Shown here: one piece after another, positions 18,627 through 29,293 of the stretch
Numbering within the stretch: position 1 is the stretch's first letter
How the letters are laid out: every line of letters starts with the position of its first letter
Assembly (NCBI GenBank): GCA_002788755.1
Contig: PFRW01000063.1
Location: 13,339-77,338 of the forward strand
Length of the DNA stretch: 64,000 nucleotides
Origin: Candidatus Peregrinibacteria bacterium CG_4_9_14_0_2_um_filter_41_14
Lineage (GTDB): Bacteria > Patescibacteriota > Gracilibacteria > UBA1369 > UM-FILTER-41-14
Direction of reading: 5' to 3'
The notes under the pieces: generated by a model
Seen by the model: only the letters and a program-made list of their open reading frames with translations
Told to the model about the DNA's origin: nothing
Databases searched by the model: none
Made by a program: the position numbers and the translations under genes

Positions 18627-19944
18627 ACTTATCAGCGCCTCTCTGTGGAAAAAACACTTTGCCAACAATCAAAAATACGTGGTTGCTGTTAGTGGCGGCA
18701 AAGACTCCATTACACTCTTAGACTATTTAGTTAAACGACTCAAAAACCCATCCCAACAAATTATCGTTGCCCATTTCGATCATCAAATTAGACCAGACTC
18801 AAACAATGACCTTGTATTTGTAGAAGCACTAGCCAAAAAACACAAACTAACATTTATCAGTCAATGCGCCGACATTCCCGCAAACAACAAAGACAACCTC
18901 GAAGCCACAGCACGCCACTTTCGCTACCAATTTTTCGAGATGGTACGCAGCCAATTTAAATTCGACTACATCGTCACCGCTCATCATCAAGATGACCAAG
19001 TTGAGACCATTATTCTAAATTACGCCAGGGGAGCAGGCCTAAAGGGGCTACAAGGTATGTCCATCTACGACCCCACCCGCAAACTCCTTCGCCCATTTTT
19101 ACAAACCCCAGTCTCACAAATTATTTCATATCTTAAAACCAAAAAACTCAATTTTATCCAAGACCAAACCAACTTCGACACAGAATATACCCGCAATCAT
19201 CTTCGCCAATTAGTACTCCCTAAACTCATTCAAGAGTATCCCGACTTTAACAACACAATTCTCGACATTAGTATCTTAGCCACGCAATTAACCAAATATT
19301 ACCTAAATCAGTTAAATCTACGCCTCCTCATAGCAACTAACGGGTACCGCTTCACACGTCAAAAATTTCAACAACTCAACCCCCCCCTTCAACTTCAATT
19401 TTTGTATCAATGTTTTCAAGCCTTTAATTTGCCAACAACTAAAGCAAATCTTAAAAAATGCTGTACACTGATCAATCAAAAAAGTAGCGGTCAAAAAATC
19501 GAATCAGCAAAAGTCACAATGTGGATCGACGCTAATCACATCCACTTCACCAATAACAACAAAACTACCCCTACAAAAACAATTCAAATTGACCTCGACT
19601 CCATTACAAACGAAAAAATTATCAATTGGAACCAACATCACTTGAAAATCACCCGCACCCAAACAATAACACCAAACACAATGCCGCTCAACTTAACAAC
19701 CGGCATCATTATCATTCGCAATTTATTAAACGGCGACCGTATTAAACCGCTTGGGCTTAACGGCACAAAAAAACTACAAGACGTTCTCACAAACAAAAAA
19801 ATCCCACAACGATACAGATCCACGCTACCAATCATTACATCCAACCAAGAGATCCTCGGCATTCCTGGCATCATTACAAGCGAATCTTGTCGTATTAACC
19901 ACCAAAACCATTGCCATTTCACCGTAACATTAGTAGACTCCTAA
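18598..19944 (+). CDS. tilS: tRNA(Ile)-lysidine synthase
   Basis: 448 aa. PP-loop VAVSGGKDS, then AHHQDDQVETIL. The start is probably one of the Met residues at 18598-18612, which overlaps the RNHCP gene. Confidence 0.85.
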   Translation: MNLPMLNTNKLISASLWKKHFANNQKYVVAVSGGKDSITLLDYLVKRLKNPSQQIIVAHFDHQIRPDSNNDLVFVEALAKKHKLTFISQCADIPANNKDNLEATARHFRYQFFEMVRSQFKFDYIVTAHHQDDQVETIILNYARGAGLKGLQGMSIYDPTRKLLRPFLQTPVSQIISYLKTKKLNFIQDQTNFDTEYTRNHLRQLVLPKLIQEYPDFNNTILDISILATQLTKYYLNQLNLRLLIATNGYRFTRQKFQQLNPPLQLQFLYQCFQAFNLPTTKANLKKCCTLINQKSSGQKIESAKVTMWIDANHIHFTNNNKTTPTKTIQIDLDSITNEKIINWNQHHLKITRTQTITPNTMPLNLTTGIIIIRNLLNGDRIKPLGLNGTKKLQDVLTNKKIPQRYRSTLPIITSNQEILGIPGIITSESCRINHQNHCHFTVTLVDS

Positions 19945-19968
19945 AGAAAAATATTTATACATACAAAT

Positions 19969-21780
19969 ATGAAGAAACCTCAACCAAAAACTAAAAGCTC
20001 GCTCAAAAGCTTTGGCATTCTTATTATTACCGCTCTTGTTATCAGTAGTTTTATTGCCTTTAACCAAGTTAAACAATACAAAACAAAAGAAGTAAGCCTG
20101 AGCGAATTTCACCAACACATCAAAAAAGCCCAAATTGATGGTAACAAAATTCAAATTGAAGGCGATAAAATTAGCTACATTCTCACAAACACCGACCGCA
20201 TCTACACTTTTAAAGAGCCAAATTCCCAATTAAACGACATTCTTACCAGCAGTCAGATTAACAATCTCAACGTAAAAGTGAAACCAACCAGCAATTTTTG
20301 GTACGAATTTCTATTTACCATTGTGCCATTTCTTCTCATTGCCGGTTTTTTTGTCTTTATGTTTAGACAAGCCCAAAGCAACAACAACCAAGCCATGTCC
20401 TTTGGTAAAAGCCGCGCTCGTCTTCATGACCAAAACAAAAAGTCAGCTCTCTTTAAAGACGTAGCCGGCGCCGACGAAGCCAAAGAAGAATTAGTTGAAG
20501 TCGTTGATTTCCTTAAAAACCCAAAAAAATATTTAGCCATGGGTGCTAAAATTCCCAAAGGTATTTTACTAATTGGTGCCCCCGGTACCGGTAAAACCCT
20601 ATTGGCTCGCGCCGTCGCCGGTGAAGCCAAAGTCCCATTCTACTCAATTTCCGGATCCGAATTTGTCGAAATGTTTGTTGGTGTAGGTGCCAGCCGTGTA
20701 CGTGATCTATTTAAAGAAGCAAAAGCCAGCGCCCCTTGTATTATCTTTATTGATGAAATCGATGCCGTTGGTCGCAAAAGAGGTGCCGGTCTTGGCGGTG
20801 GACACGATGAAAGAGAGCAGACCCTCAACCAAATTCTTACCGAAATGGACGGTTTTGAAACAGATACAAATGTCATTGTTATGGCAGCCACAAACCGTGC
20901 CGACGTTTTAGATTCCGCCCTACTAAGACCAGGCCGTTTTGACCGTCGTGTAATTGTCGACAAACCAAACATTATTCAAAGAGAGGCAATTCTTAAAGTC
21001 CACAGCCAAAACAAACCAACCAACAAAGACATCGACCTAATGGTCATTGCCCGCCAAACACCCGGCTTTTCTGGCGCCGACCTCGAAAACCTAGTTAACG
21101 AAGCCGCAATTATTGCCGCTAAAAAAGGACAAACATCAATCACCCAACACAATCTCGAAATATCTGTAGAAAAAGTAACAATCGGACTCGAAAAGAAATC
21201 CCGCAAACTCAGCGACAACGAATTAAAAATTACTGCATACCACGAAGTAGGTCACGCCGTAATCGGCCACAAACTCCCAGACTGCGACCCGGTAAATAAA
21301 ATTTCAATCATCTCTCGTGGACAAGCCCTAGGTGTAACATGGTTCTTACCGGAAAATGACAGCCACCTTTACCCACAAAGCAAATTCGAATCCGAAATCT
21401 GTTCATTACTTGGTGGCTACTGCGCCGAAGAAATCTTCTTCAATCAAGTTACCACCGGTGCCTCAAGCGACCTAGAAAGAGCCACAGAAATTGCCCGCAA
21501 CATGGTAACACGCTACGGCATGAGCAAACTCGGCCCCGTTATTTTTGGCGACAAAGACCAAGAAGTATTTATTGGCAAAGACTTAGGTCATTATAAAAAC
21601 TACTCGGAAACCTACGCGGCTAAAATTGACGACCTTATCAAAGAAATCATTCACTCTGCTTACGAAAAAACAAAAAAGATGATCACTGAACATAAAAAAA
21701 TCATCACTACAATTGCAGAAGACCTTCTTAAAAAGGAAACAATTAACCGTAAAGAATTCCTCGCTTACTTCTCTAATTAA
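19969..21780 (+). CDS. ftsH: ATP-dependent zinc metalloprotease FtsH
   Basis: 603 aa. Two TM helices, Walker [19 protein letters not shown], Walker [10 protein letters not shown], and the zinc site HEVGHAV. Confidence 0.95.
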   Translation: MKKPQPKTKSSLKSFGILIITALVISSFIAFNQVKQYKTKEVSLSEFHQHIKKAQIDGNKIQIEGDKISYILTNTDRIYTFKEPNSQLNDILTSSQINNLNVKVKPTSNFWYEFLFTIVPFLLIAGFFVFMFRQAQSNNNQAMSFGKSRARLHDQNKKSALFKDVAGADEAKEELVEVVDFLKNPKKYLAMGAKIPKGILLIGAPGTGKTLLARAVAGEAKVPFYSISGSEFVEMFVGVGASRVRDLFKEAKASAPCIIFIDEIDAVGRKRGAGLGGGHDEREQTLNQILTEMDGFETDTNVIVMAATNRADVLDSALLRPGRFDRRVIVDKPNIIQREAILKVHSQNKPTNKDIDLMVIARQTPGFSGADLENLVNEAAIIAAKKGQTSITQHNLEISVEKVTIGLEKKSRKLSDNELKITAYHEVGHAVIGHKLPDCDPVNKISIISRGQALGVTWFLPENDSHLYPQSKFESEICSLLGGYCAEEIFFNQVTTGASSDLERATEIARNMVTRYGMSKLGPVIFGDKDQEVFIGKDLGHYKNYSETYAAKIDDLIKEIIHSAYEKTKKMITEHKKIITTIAEDLLKKETINRKEFLAYFSN

Positions 21781-21789
21781 CCTTTTAAA

Positions 21790-22224
21790 ATGTCCATCAA
21801 AAAAACAAAAATTACGCATCGAGGCGACGAAGAAGCCATGAATGACCTAATTGCGACCGAAGAAATCATTAAACCACAAACAACCAAAATTACGGAAGGA
21901 CGTCTAGCCGTAGATGTTTACGAAACTGTCACCAAACTGGTAATCGTCGCCCCAATTGCCGGTATCGAAATCAGCAACCTCGAAGTCCTAGTCGAAAACG
22001 ATGTGCTTACAATCAAAGGAAACCGCAGTCACATCTACAAAGAAATCAAAAGCGAACATTATTTATGCCAAGAATGTTTTTGGGGCAACTTTTCTCGTTC
22101 CATCATTTTACCACCAAATCTAGACACCGACGACATGAAAGCCAGCTTTAAAAGGGGAGTACTTAATATCGAAATCAGCAAAAAGGACGACCAAAGCAGT
22201 AAAACTATCCGTATAAGCAACTAA
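21790..22224 (+). CDS. Hsp20/alpha-crystallin family small heat-shock protein
   Basis: 144 aa. Alpha-crystallin-like core (AVDVYET...LVIVAPIAG...LTIKGNR...GNFSRSIILP...GVLNIEI). Confidence 0.8.
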   Translation: MSIKKTKITHRGDEEAMNDLIATEEIIKPQTTKITEGRLAVDVYETVTKLVIVAPIAGIEISNLEVLVENDVLTIKGNRSHIYKEIKSEHYLCQECFWGNFSRSIILPPNLDTDDMKASFKRGVLNIEISKKDDQSSKTIRISN

Positions 22225-22225
22225 T

Positions 22226-23095
22226 ATGAAAATCCGCAAAGCAATATTTCCAGTCGCCGGGTTTGGTACACGTTTCTTACCAGTAACAAAGTCTCAACCA
22301 AAAGAGATGTTACCAATAGTCGACAAACCAATCATCCATTATCTAGTGGAAGAAGCTGTAGCCTCCGGCATCGAAGAAATTATTCTAATCACCGGCCGCG
22401 GTAAAAAAGCGATTGAAGACTATTTTGACCAATCTTTTGAACTGGAATACAACTTAGTGGAAAAAGGCAAACACCAACTACTACAAGCCATCCGTGAAAT
22501 TCCCAACCTTGCCCGTTTCGTCTATTTAAGACAGCCGATTCCCCGCGGCGACGGTCACGCCATTTTATGCGCCCGCGACCTAATCGGTGACGAGCCCTGC
22601 GCCGTAATTTACGGTGACGACCTCGTCGACAGCGAAATCCCAGCCCTAGCCCAACTTTTAGAAGTCTACAATCAAACCAATCAGCCCGTAATCGGCTTAA
22701 CAAAAGTCGCCCCAACAGATGTCAGCAGCTACGGTATTGTCGAAACCTCCGATCACAACAACCTGCTTCAAATCAAAAGCCTCATCGAAAAACCCGAACA
22801 AGAAGACGCACCTTCCAACTTAGCCGTTATTGGCAAATACATCCTCACACCCCAAATCTTTGAAATCCTTGCTAAAGTTGAAGAAGGCTCCGTTGGCGAT
22901 GGCGAAATTAGACTTGCCGACGCATTCATCATTGCCCTCAAACACAACTACCCACTATACGGCAAGCTAATTGATGGCAAGCGATACGATGCCGGCAGTA
23001 AAATTGGATTCCTCAAAGCCACAATCGATTTCGCCCTCAAACGACCAGAATTAGCAACAGAACTAAGAGCCCATCTAAAGAACATTGATCTATAG
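22226..23095 (+). CDS. galU: UTP--glucose-1-phosphate uridylyltransferase
   Basis: 289 aa. KAIFPVAGFGTRFLPVTKSQPKEMLPIVDKP is the GalU N-terminal signature. Start lies 1 nt after the hsp20 stop. Confidence 0.9.
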   Translation: MKIRKAIFPVAGFGTRFLPVTKSQPKEMLPIVDKPIIHYLVEEAVASGIEEIILITGRGKKAIEDYFDQSFELEYNLVEKGKHQLLQAIREIPNLARFVYLRQPIPRGDGHAILCARDLIGDEPCAVIYGDDLVDSEIPALAQLLEVYNQTNQPVIGLTKVAPTDVSSYGIVETSDHNNLLQIKSLIEKPEQEDAPSNLAVIGKYILTPQIFEILAKVEEGSVGDGEIRLADAFIIALKHNYPLYGKLIDGKRYDAGSKIGFLKATIDFALKRPELATELRAHLKNIDL

Positions 23096-23138
23096 AATAA
23101 AATAAGTTATACTAACTGGATAACTTTATTATTCTATA
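23091..23138. other. AT-rich interrupted inverted repeat spanning the galU stop codon
   Basis: tatagaataa (23091-23100) pairs perfectly with ttattctata (23129-23138). Inner aagttat (23104-23110) pairs with ataactt (23120-23126). No T-run follows on either strand, so a terminator role is unproven. Confidence 0.4.
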
Positions 23139-23151
23139 AAAAGTTTAGCCA

Positions 23152-23757
23152 ATGTTAGTAGAAACAAAATATAATGATCTATTAAAAGCAGCTGATCAAT
23201 ATAAGTTAAAAGGAGAGCACGAACAGGCAATTAAAATCTGCCAAGAAATCCTCTTTGACGATCTTAACTGTGTAGAAGCATATGAAGAAATTGGTGACAA
23301 CTACATGAACCTACGCCAGTACGATAAAGCAATTATCGCACTTAATCGTGCTTTAAAAATCAATCCCGAAAGTCCAAACGCCCTCTACTTAATTGGGTTT
23401 GCCTATTCTGCAATTAGCGAATGGCTTGATTCGGAACTTTATTTAAACCAAGCCAACAAACTCGAACCAAATCATCCAGAAATTTTACGTTGCTTAGGCT
23501 GGACTATTTTTCATTCAGGCCGTCAACCACAAGGCTTAATTATTCTAAACCGAGCTGCTACCCTTGCCCCAAACGATTGCTTCATAATCTCCGATTTAGG
23601 CATGTGTCAATTAAGTATCCGTAATTTTGAAGCAGCCGAGAAGAATTTCCAACACATCCTAAAAATTGAACCACAAAATACACGTGCCAAAGAATGTCTC
23701 GACGCATGTCGGTATTTCAAAATTCGTCAAAACAAAACCAAAGCCAAAACCAAGTAG
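23152..23757 (+). CDS. Tetratricopeptide-repeat protein
   Basis: 201 aa with several 34-residue TPR-like units (A..YE..G..Y......Y..A...L..AL...P). Confidence 0.7.
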   Translation: MLVETKYNDLLKAADQYKLKGEHEQAIKICQEILFDDLNCVEAYEEIGDNYMNLRQYDKAIIALNRALKINPESPNALYLIGFAYSAISEWLDSELYLNQANKLEPNHPEILRCLGWTIFHSGRQPQGLIILNRAATLAPNDCFIISDLGMCQLSIRNFEAAEKNFQHILKIEPQNTRAKECLDACRYFKIRQNKTKAKTK

Positions 23758-23822
23758 TCTATACACATTAAGTAATCAAGAGTAACATAAAAACACTACT
23801 CTGAATATTTAATCCATAGACA

Positions 23823-24416
23823 ATGCAACTACAGTATAAAAAATTCCTGTTACCAATCGTAATAGGAATTTTTAGCATCATCGTTATTTCCGGCTGCAAT
23901 AATAACGTTAGCGCCGAGCCTGCAACTATTGAATCTGTTGCCATCAAAACGATCACCGCTCTTAAAAACAAAGACCTAGAGCAGCTAAGCCTTATAACTC
24001 ACCCCAGCCAAGGTGTAGTTTTTTCACCATACGGTTATATAAATCAAGACAGTAGCATCACTCTATCTACGGACGAACTAAGCAATCTAGATCTAAACCA
24101 AAATTTTACATGGGGTACGTACGACGGTATCGGCACACCAATTAATCTTAGTGTCCAACAATATTGGGAACAGTTTATTTACGATCGTGACTATTTAATG
24201 GCACCTCAAGTCGCTCAAAACCAAACACTGGGGACTGGCAATAGCCTCATAAATATTGATACAGTCTTTCCAACCGGTACATTTATTGAATACTATTTTC
24301 CTGGAGAAGACCCGCAATTTGAAGGCATGGACTGGTCCAGTCTTCGACTCGTTTTTGATTTATACAACAACGAATGGAAATTAGTTGGAATTATTCACGA
24401 TCAGTGGACAATTTAA
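23823..24416 (+). CDS. Predicted lipoprotein, unknown function
   Basis: 197 aa. Signal sequence ends in the ISGC lipobox. Confidence 0.5.
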   Translation: MQLQYKKFLLPIVIGIFSIIVISGCNNNVSAEPATIESVAIKTITALKNKDLEQLSLITHPSQGVVFSPYGYINQDSSITLSTDELSNLDLNQNFTWGTYDGIGTPINLSVQQYWEQFIYDRDYLMAPQVAQNQTLGTGNSLINIDTVFPTGTFIEYYFPGEDPQFEGMDWSSLRLVFDLYNNEWKLVGIIHDQWTI

Positions 24417-24439
24417 GCAAATATAAGTATACTAACCCA

Positions 24440-24773
24440 GCTCCCATTGGGTCGCCGTACATTGTGCGGAGGAAAGTCCGGGCATGTGAAGCAAAGGTAG
24501 CTCCTAACAGAAGCCGTTCCGTTTCGACGGAATAGGGAAAGTGCCGCAGAGACTATACTAGTCCCGTTTTACGGGATGAAAGGTGAAAAGCCCTACTTAG
24601 TAGGGGCCCTATCGGTAACGATAGGTTGCTGGTAAACCCTACCTCATGCAAGGCAGAATGGGACATTGTGAACTAACCGTGCTTCCGGTCACAGTGTGCC
24701 TGCCGCTAGAGGTCTTATGCGAATAAGATCCCAGATAGATGACCCTTAATACAGAACCCGGCTTATTGGGAGC
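24440..24773 (+). ncRNA. rnpB: RNase P RNA (bacterial type A)
   Basis: Universal CR-I GAGGAAAGTCCGGGC at 24469-24483 and CR-V ACAGAACCCGGCTTAT at 24751-24766. Terminal P1 pairing of gctccca (24440-24446) with tgggagc (24767-24773). About 334 nt in a 377-nt non-coding gap. Ends are approximate. Confidence 0.9.
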
Positions 24774-24793
24774 ACTCAATTTAGTCACTAGAT

Positions 24794-26224
24794 TTGAAAA
24801 AAGTCACAATCATCCTAGGCATACTTCGACTACCAACCGACCTAACTGCAGCCGTACTCGCATTGCTCACCAGTTACTATCTTCGCTATTCCATTAGCCA
24901 AAATATTGGCAATACACTTAGTGAAGCTGACTACCTTACACTGTCTCAATTTTTAGAAAAAACCTACTGGCTAATTCCGCTTACAATAGCCCTTTTTGCT
25001 ATACTCGGATTATACCGAATCAAAACTAATATTGGTCTCTTTAATCAAATTGGGCGCATCATTACCACAAGTCTACTTTTATTCATGACCGTCCTTACAT
25101 ACTACTTTTTGATCAGAGCTTTTCCATTTTCTCGTTTAGTCGTGATTTACATTGCAACTTTACTTACAATCTACGCAACCATCGGCCGCACTGGATTAAC
25201 ATTGCTTCACAAACATCTACTACGCAAAAATATCGGCCGCCAAAAAATACTATTACTAGGAAACAACAAAACCGCTCACAACATCGCACTACAACTTAAA
25301 AAAGACTATCAATATGAACTTGTTGGCTACCTAGCCGATCGCCCCCTCACTACCAAAACATCCAAATGGCTTGGCAAATATGCAGATTTAGAAAAAATTT
25401 GCAAAAAATACAAAGTTGAAGAAATCGTGCAATCCACAACCGAAAGCGAATTTAGCAGTGCCAGCTGTATCAATTTTTGCCGTTATAAACTTATAGAATA
25501 TTACTACATTCCTGCTACATTTAACCTTCTCGAACACAAATTCCAATTTGACAATCTCCGCGGCATTCCTTGGCTTAAGTGGCAAAAAACACCACTAGAA
25601 GGATGGGGAAGAGTCGCCAAACGAATCTTCGACCTTACCCTCACAATTCCAGTACTCATTATTTTATCACCATTATTTTTGCTAGTTGCCATTCTTATTA
25701 AAATCGATTCAAAAGGAACAATTTTCTATAAATACCTAGACAATGGCAAAATATCCACCCGTATTGGACAAAAAGGTGAACCGTTTTATTGCTATAAATT
25801 CCGCACCATGCAAAGCAACACTCACAACCAACGTTACGACGAACTAGCAACCAAAAACCACCGCGAAGGACCAATCGTTAAAATCAAAAACGACCCAAGG
25901 ATTACCAAAATCGGCAAATTCCTCCGTAGGTTTGACCTCGATGAGCTTCCACAACTAATTAACGTCATCAAAGGAGACATGAGCCTCGTCGGTCCCAGAC
26001 CACACCTCCCCGAAGAAGTAGCCAAATACGACAACCATCATCTATTCGTCCTCACAATCAAACCTGGCATTACTGGACTTGCTCAAGTTAGCGGACGCAG
26101 CCAACTCAACTTTGACGATGAAGTCAAACTAGACTCATACTACATTGAACATTGGAGCCTCTGGCTAGACTTTAAAATCGCCCTCAAAACCATTCCAGCA
26201 GTATTATTTCACGAATCAAATTAA
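24794..26224 (+). CDS. Polyprenyl-phosphate glycosyl-1-phosphate transferase (bacterial sugar transferase, WbaP/EpsB-like)
   Basis: 476 aa with a TTG start. N-terminal TM helices and a central nucleotide-binding-like region. C-terminal KRIFDLTLTIPVLIILSPLFLLVAILIK...ELPQLINVIKGDMSLVGPRP. Confidence 0.85.
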   Translation: MKKVTIILGILRLPTDLTAAVLALLTSYYLRYSISQNIGNTLSEADYLTLSQFLEKTYWLIPLTIALFAILGLYRIKTNIGLFNQIGRIITTSLLLFMTVLTYYFLIRAFPFSRLVVIYIATLLTIYATIGRTGLTLLHKHLLRKNIGRQKILLLGNNKTAHNIALQLKKDYQYELVGYLADRPLTTKTSKWLGKYADLEKICKKYKVEEIVQSTTESEFSSASCINFCRYKLIEYYYIPATFNLLEHKFQFDNLRGIPWLKWQKTPLEGWGRVAKRIFDLTLTIPVLIILSPLFLLVAILIKIDSKGTIFYKYLDNGKISTRIGQKGEPFYCYKFRTMQSNTHNQRYDELATKNHREGPIVKIKNDPRITKIGKFLRRFDLDELPQLINVIKGDMSLVGPRPHLPEEVAKYDNHHLFVLTIKPGITGLAQVSGRSQLNFDDEVKLDSYYIEHWSLWLDFKIALKTIPAVLFHESN

Positions 26225-26231
26225 TAGTGGC

Positions 26232-26260
26232 TTGATCGTAATTGTTCGCTAAAGTATAGT
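26232..26260 (+). promoter_or_regulatory. Putative sigma-70-type promoter for secA
   Basis: TTGATC (26232-26237), 17-nt spacer, TATAGT (26255-26260). Lies 25 nt upstream of the secA GTG start. Confidence 0.4.
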
Positions 26261-26284
26261 ATCCGCAAGTTTAACCAAAAAACT

Positions 26285-28924
26285 GTGTTACAAAAAATTA
26301 TTACAAAAATTATCGGCGACCCAAACGAAAAAGCTATCAAAAAAATTCTTCCAATCGTTGAACAAGTTAATCATCATTTTAATATTTTCGATGCCAAAAA
26401 ATTAGACGAATTCGGCATCCAAGAACAAACACAAGTTTTTAGAGATCGGATTCAAGCAGGGGAAAGCACCGACGATCTTTTACCCGAAGCCTTTGGCCTT
26501 GTAAAATATGCCTGTAAATTTTTAGTAGGAAAAACATGGGATGTTCGAGGTGAAGAAGAAAGCTGGAACATGGTACCATATGATGTTCAAATTATTGGCG
26601 GTATCGTGCTACATCAAGGCAAAATCACCGAAATGAAAACAGGTGAAGGTAAAACCCTAGTTTGTACAATGCCAGCTTACTTAAACGCCCTAACCGACAA
26701 AGGCGTCTTTGTAATTACGGTAAATGACTACCTTGCCCATCGTGATTCCGAATGGATGGGGGGTCTTTATAAATGCCTAGGCATGACAACTGGCGTAATT
26801 TACAGTCACCAACCTCAACAAGAAAAAATTGACAGCTACAAAGCTGATATCACCTATGGAACTAACAACGAATTCGGCTTCGATTACCTCCGCGACAACA
26901 TGGCCACCAACAAAGATCAACTAGTTCAAAAAGATCTACATTATGCAATTTTAGATGAGGTCGACTCCATTTTAGTAGATGAAGCCCGAACCCCACTAAT
27001 CATCTCCGCACCAGCAGAAGAATCAACAGACAAATACTACAAATACGCCCAACTAATCCCACAATTAAAAGAAAACGAGCACTACAATGTCGATGAAAAA
27101 ATGCGAACTGCAACACTAACCGAAGCGGGTATAACCAAAATGGAAAAACTATTAGGTCTCGAAAACATTTACACAGAAGCCGGCTTTCAAGAAGTACATC
27201 ACATCGAACAATCACTAAAAGCCAGTGCCATCTTCAAAAGAGACAAAGATTACGTCATCCAAGAAAATGAAATTATAATTGTCGACGATTTTACCGGCCG
27301 CCTTATGCCAGGACGTCGCTACAGTCAAGGACTACACCAAGCAATCGAAGCCAAAGAAAATGTCGAAATCAAACGTGAAAGTCGCACACTTGCTACAATT
27401 ACCTTCCAAAATTATTTCCGTCTTTTTGAAAAACTTGCCGGTATGACCGGTACTGCTAAAACCGAGGAAGAAGAATTCTACAAAATCTACGGCCTTGAAA
27501 CAATTGTCATACCGACAAACAAACCCGTAGTACGTGAAGACCTGCCTGACAACATTTACCGCACCGCCAAAGGCAAATACATTGCCATTACCAATACAGC
27601 TAAAGAATTACACAAAAAAGGTCAGCCAGTACTAATTGGTACCGTTTCTGTCGAACAGTCCGAACTTCTTAGCAGTCTGTTCCAAAAAAGTGGCATAATT
27701 CACAATGTTCTAAACGCAAAACAACATGAACGAGAAGCCGAAATTGTCGCCAACGCCGGTGAAGAAGGCGCCGTTACTATCGCCACCAATATGGCAGGTC
27801 GTGGTACCGACATCAAAATTAAAGATAGCGTTAAAAAACTTAACGGACTTCACATTATCGGCACCGAGCGCCACGAAAGTCGCCGGATCGACAATCAGCT
27901 TCGTGGCCGCGCCGGACGACAAGGCGACCCAGGTACAAGCCAATTCTACGTTTCTATGGAAGATGATTTAATGCGCATTTTTGGTGGTGATCGTGTCAAA
28001 ACCATGATGGACGTTCTTAAAGTCCCCGAAGACCAACCAATTACTAACAAGTTCATTAGCAAAGCCATCGAAAGCGCCCAAAAACGTGTTGAAGGCTATA
28101 ACTTTGACGTACGTAAACACGTTGTCGAATACGATGATGTAATGAACTACCACCGTGAAATCATCTACAAAATGCGCCGCCGCATCTTACTTGGAGCTAA
28201 TCTTAAAAATGAAATTCTCCTTCAATTTGAAAAAGAGGCCGAAAACATCATCTTCAATCATCAACTACCAGAAAACAGCTACGACATAAAAGAGATTCTA
28301 GAAACAATTAATGCCATCCACAATCGTCCATTTGACCCCATTACAGAAGATCAACTAAGCAAAACCAGCAACCAAGAAGAGCTTATTGCATTAGTAAAAG
28401 ATTACCTTATTAGCGAATATCAAAAACTAGAAGACAAACTACCAGACCCCGAAATTCTTCGCGACCTTGAACGCCAAGTTTACCTACGCGCCATAGACAC
28501 AGTCTGGATCGAACATATCGATACCATGGATGAAACCCGTAAAAGCGTAGCCCTACAAGGATACGGTCAACGTGACCCACTTGTTGCTTACAAAGACGAA
28601 GCCTTCCTCGAGCTCCAAAACTCACTCAACGCCATTCGACGTAATGTTGTAAACACACTCTTTAAGGTCGAACTTACCCCTCAAACCCAACAACAAATTA
28701 GCGGCGACGTTTACGATACAAAGAACATTGCAACAAATGAAGATCAAATCGAAGCTCAACTAACAGACGGATCAGTTAAAAAGAGCATAACCTCAAACAA
28801 TCCTGCCCCTACACGTGCACCCGCAACAACTCATACCATGAAATATCCAGAAACAGGCAGAAATGACTTATGCCCATGCGGCAGCCAGAAAAAATACAAA
28901 CATTGCCACGGTAAACCAGAATAA
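26285..28924 (+). CDS. secA: Preprotein translocase ATPase SecA
   Basis: 879 aa with a GTG start. EMKTGEGKTLV, DEVDSILVDEARTPLIIS, TNMAGRGTDI, and the C-terminal zinc finger CPCGSQKKYKHCHG. Confidence 0.95.
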   Translation: MLQKIITKIIGDPNEKAIKKILPIVEQVNHHFNIFDAKKLDEFGIQEQTQVFRDRIQAGESTDDLLPEAFGLVKYACKFLVGKTWDVRGEEESWNMVPYDVQIIGGIVLHQGKITEMKTGEGKTLVCTMPAYLNALTDKGVFVITVNDYLAHRDSEWMGGLYKCLGMTTGVIYSHQPQQEKIDSYKADITYGTNNEFGFDYLRDNMATNKDQLVQKDLHYAILDEVDSILVDEARTPLIISAPAEESTDKYYKYAQLIPQLKENEHYNVDEKMRTATLTEAGITKMEKLLGLENIYTEAGFQEVHHIEQSLKASAIFKRDKDYVIQENEIIIVDDFTGRLMPGRRYSQGLHQAIEAKENVEIKRESRTLATITFQNYFRLFEKLAGMTGTAKTEEEEFYKIYGLETIVIPTNKPVVREDLPDNIYRTAKGKYIAITNTAKELHKKGQPVLIGTVSVEQSELLSSLFQKSGIIHNVLNAKQHEREAEIVANAGEEGAVTIATNMAGRGTDIKIKDSVKKLNGLHIIGTERHESRRIDNQLRGRAGRQGDPGTSQFYVSMEDDLMRIFGGDRVKTMMDVLKVPEDQPITNKFISKAIESAQKRVEGYNFDVRKHVVEYDDVMNYHREIIYKMRRRILLGANLKNEILLQFEKEAENIIFNHQLPENSYDIKEILETINAIHNRPFDPITEDQLSKTSNQEELIALVKDYLISEYQKLEDKLPDPEILRDLERQVYLRAIDTVWIEHIDTMDETRKSVALQGYGQRDPLVAYKDEAFLELQNSLNAIRRNVVNTLFKVELTPQTQQQISGDVYDTKNIATNEDQIEAQLTDGSVKKSITSNNPAPTRAPATTHTMKYPETGRNDLCPCGSQKKYKHCHGKPE

Positions 28925-28938
28925 ACAAAAAAAAGACT

Positions 28939-28966
28939 TTCAACAACACAACACATTCGCTATATT
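28939..28966 (+). promoter_or_regulatory. Putative promoter for tRNA-Ala
   Basis: TTCAAC (28939-28944), 16-nt spacer, TATATT (28961-28966). The -10 box ends 11 nt before the tRNA 5' end. Confidence 0.35.
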
Positions 28967-28977
28967 ACACCCGACTC

Positions 28978-29054
<77 letters not shown>

Positions 29055-29224
29055 AATAACCTCACTAAAAAAAATAAGGTTATTTCACGTAAAAAATCCA
29101 AAAAACACAAAGTTGTCAATATTTCTGACAACAGCTTCAAGCTGACTGCAAATCGGATAAAAGTGATCATAGAGACAAAAAAGAACACTAGTTAAAAATC
29201 AGCAGTCAACTCTTTTCAGAAAAA

Positions 29225-29253
29225 TTGACGCTTTACGAAGAGCACACTATATT
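29225..29253 (+). promoter_or_regulatory. Putative sigma-70-type promoter for the sigma-r4/HARE gene
   Basis: TTGACG (29225-29230), 17-nt spacer, TATATT (29248-29253). The TTG that the ORF track uses as a start codon is the -35 box. Confidence 0.45.
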
Positions 29254-29293
29254 TTATATATACATAAATATTAGTGACTTAAATCATACATAT

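Noticed and set aside
19380-19387. C8 homopolymer inside tilS, considered as a phase-variation switch.
   Set aside because: It lies in an essential housekeeping gene and encodes N-P-P-L in frame. There is no reason to expect on/off switching, so it is most likely incidental.
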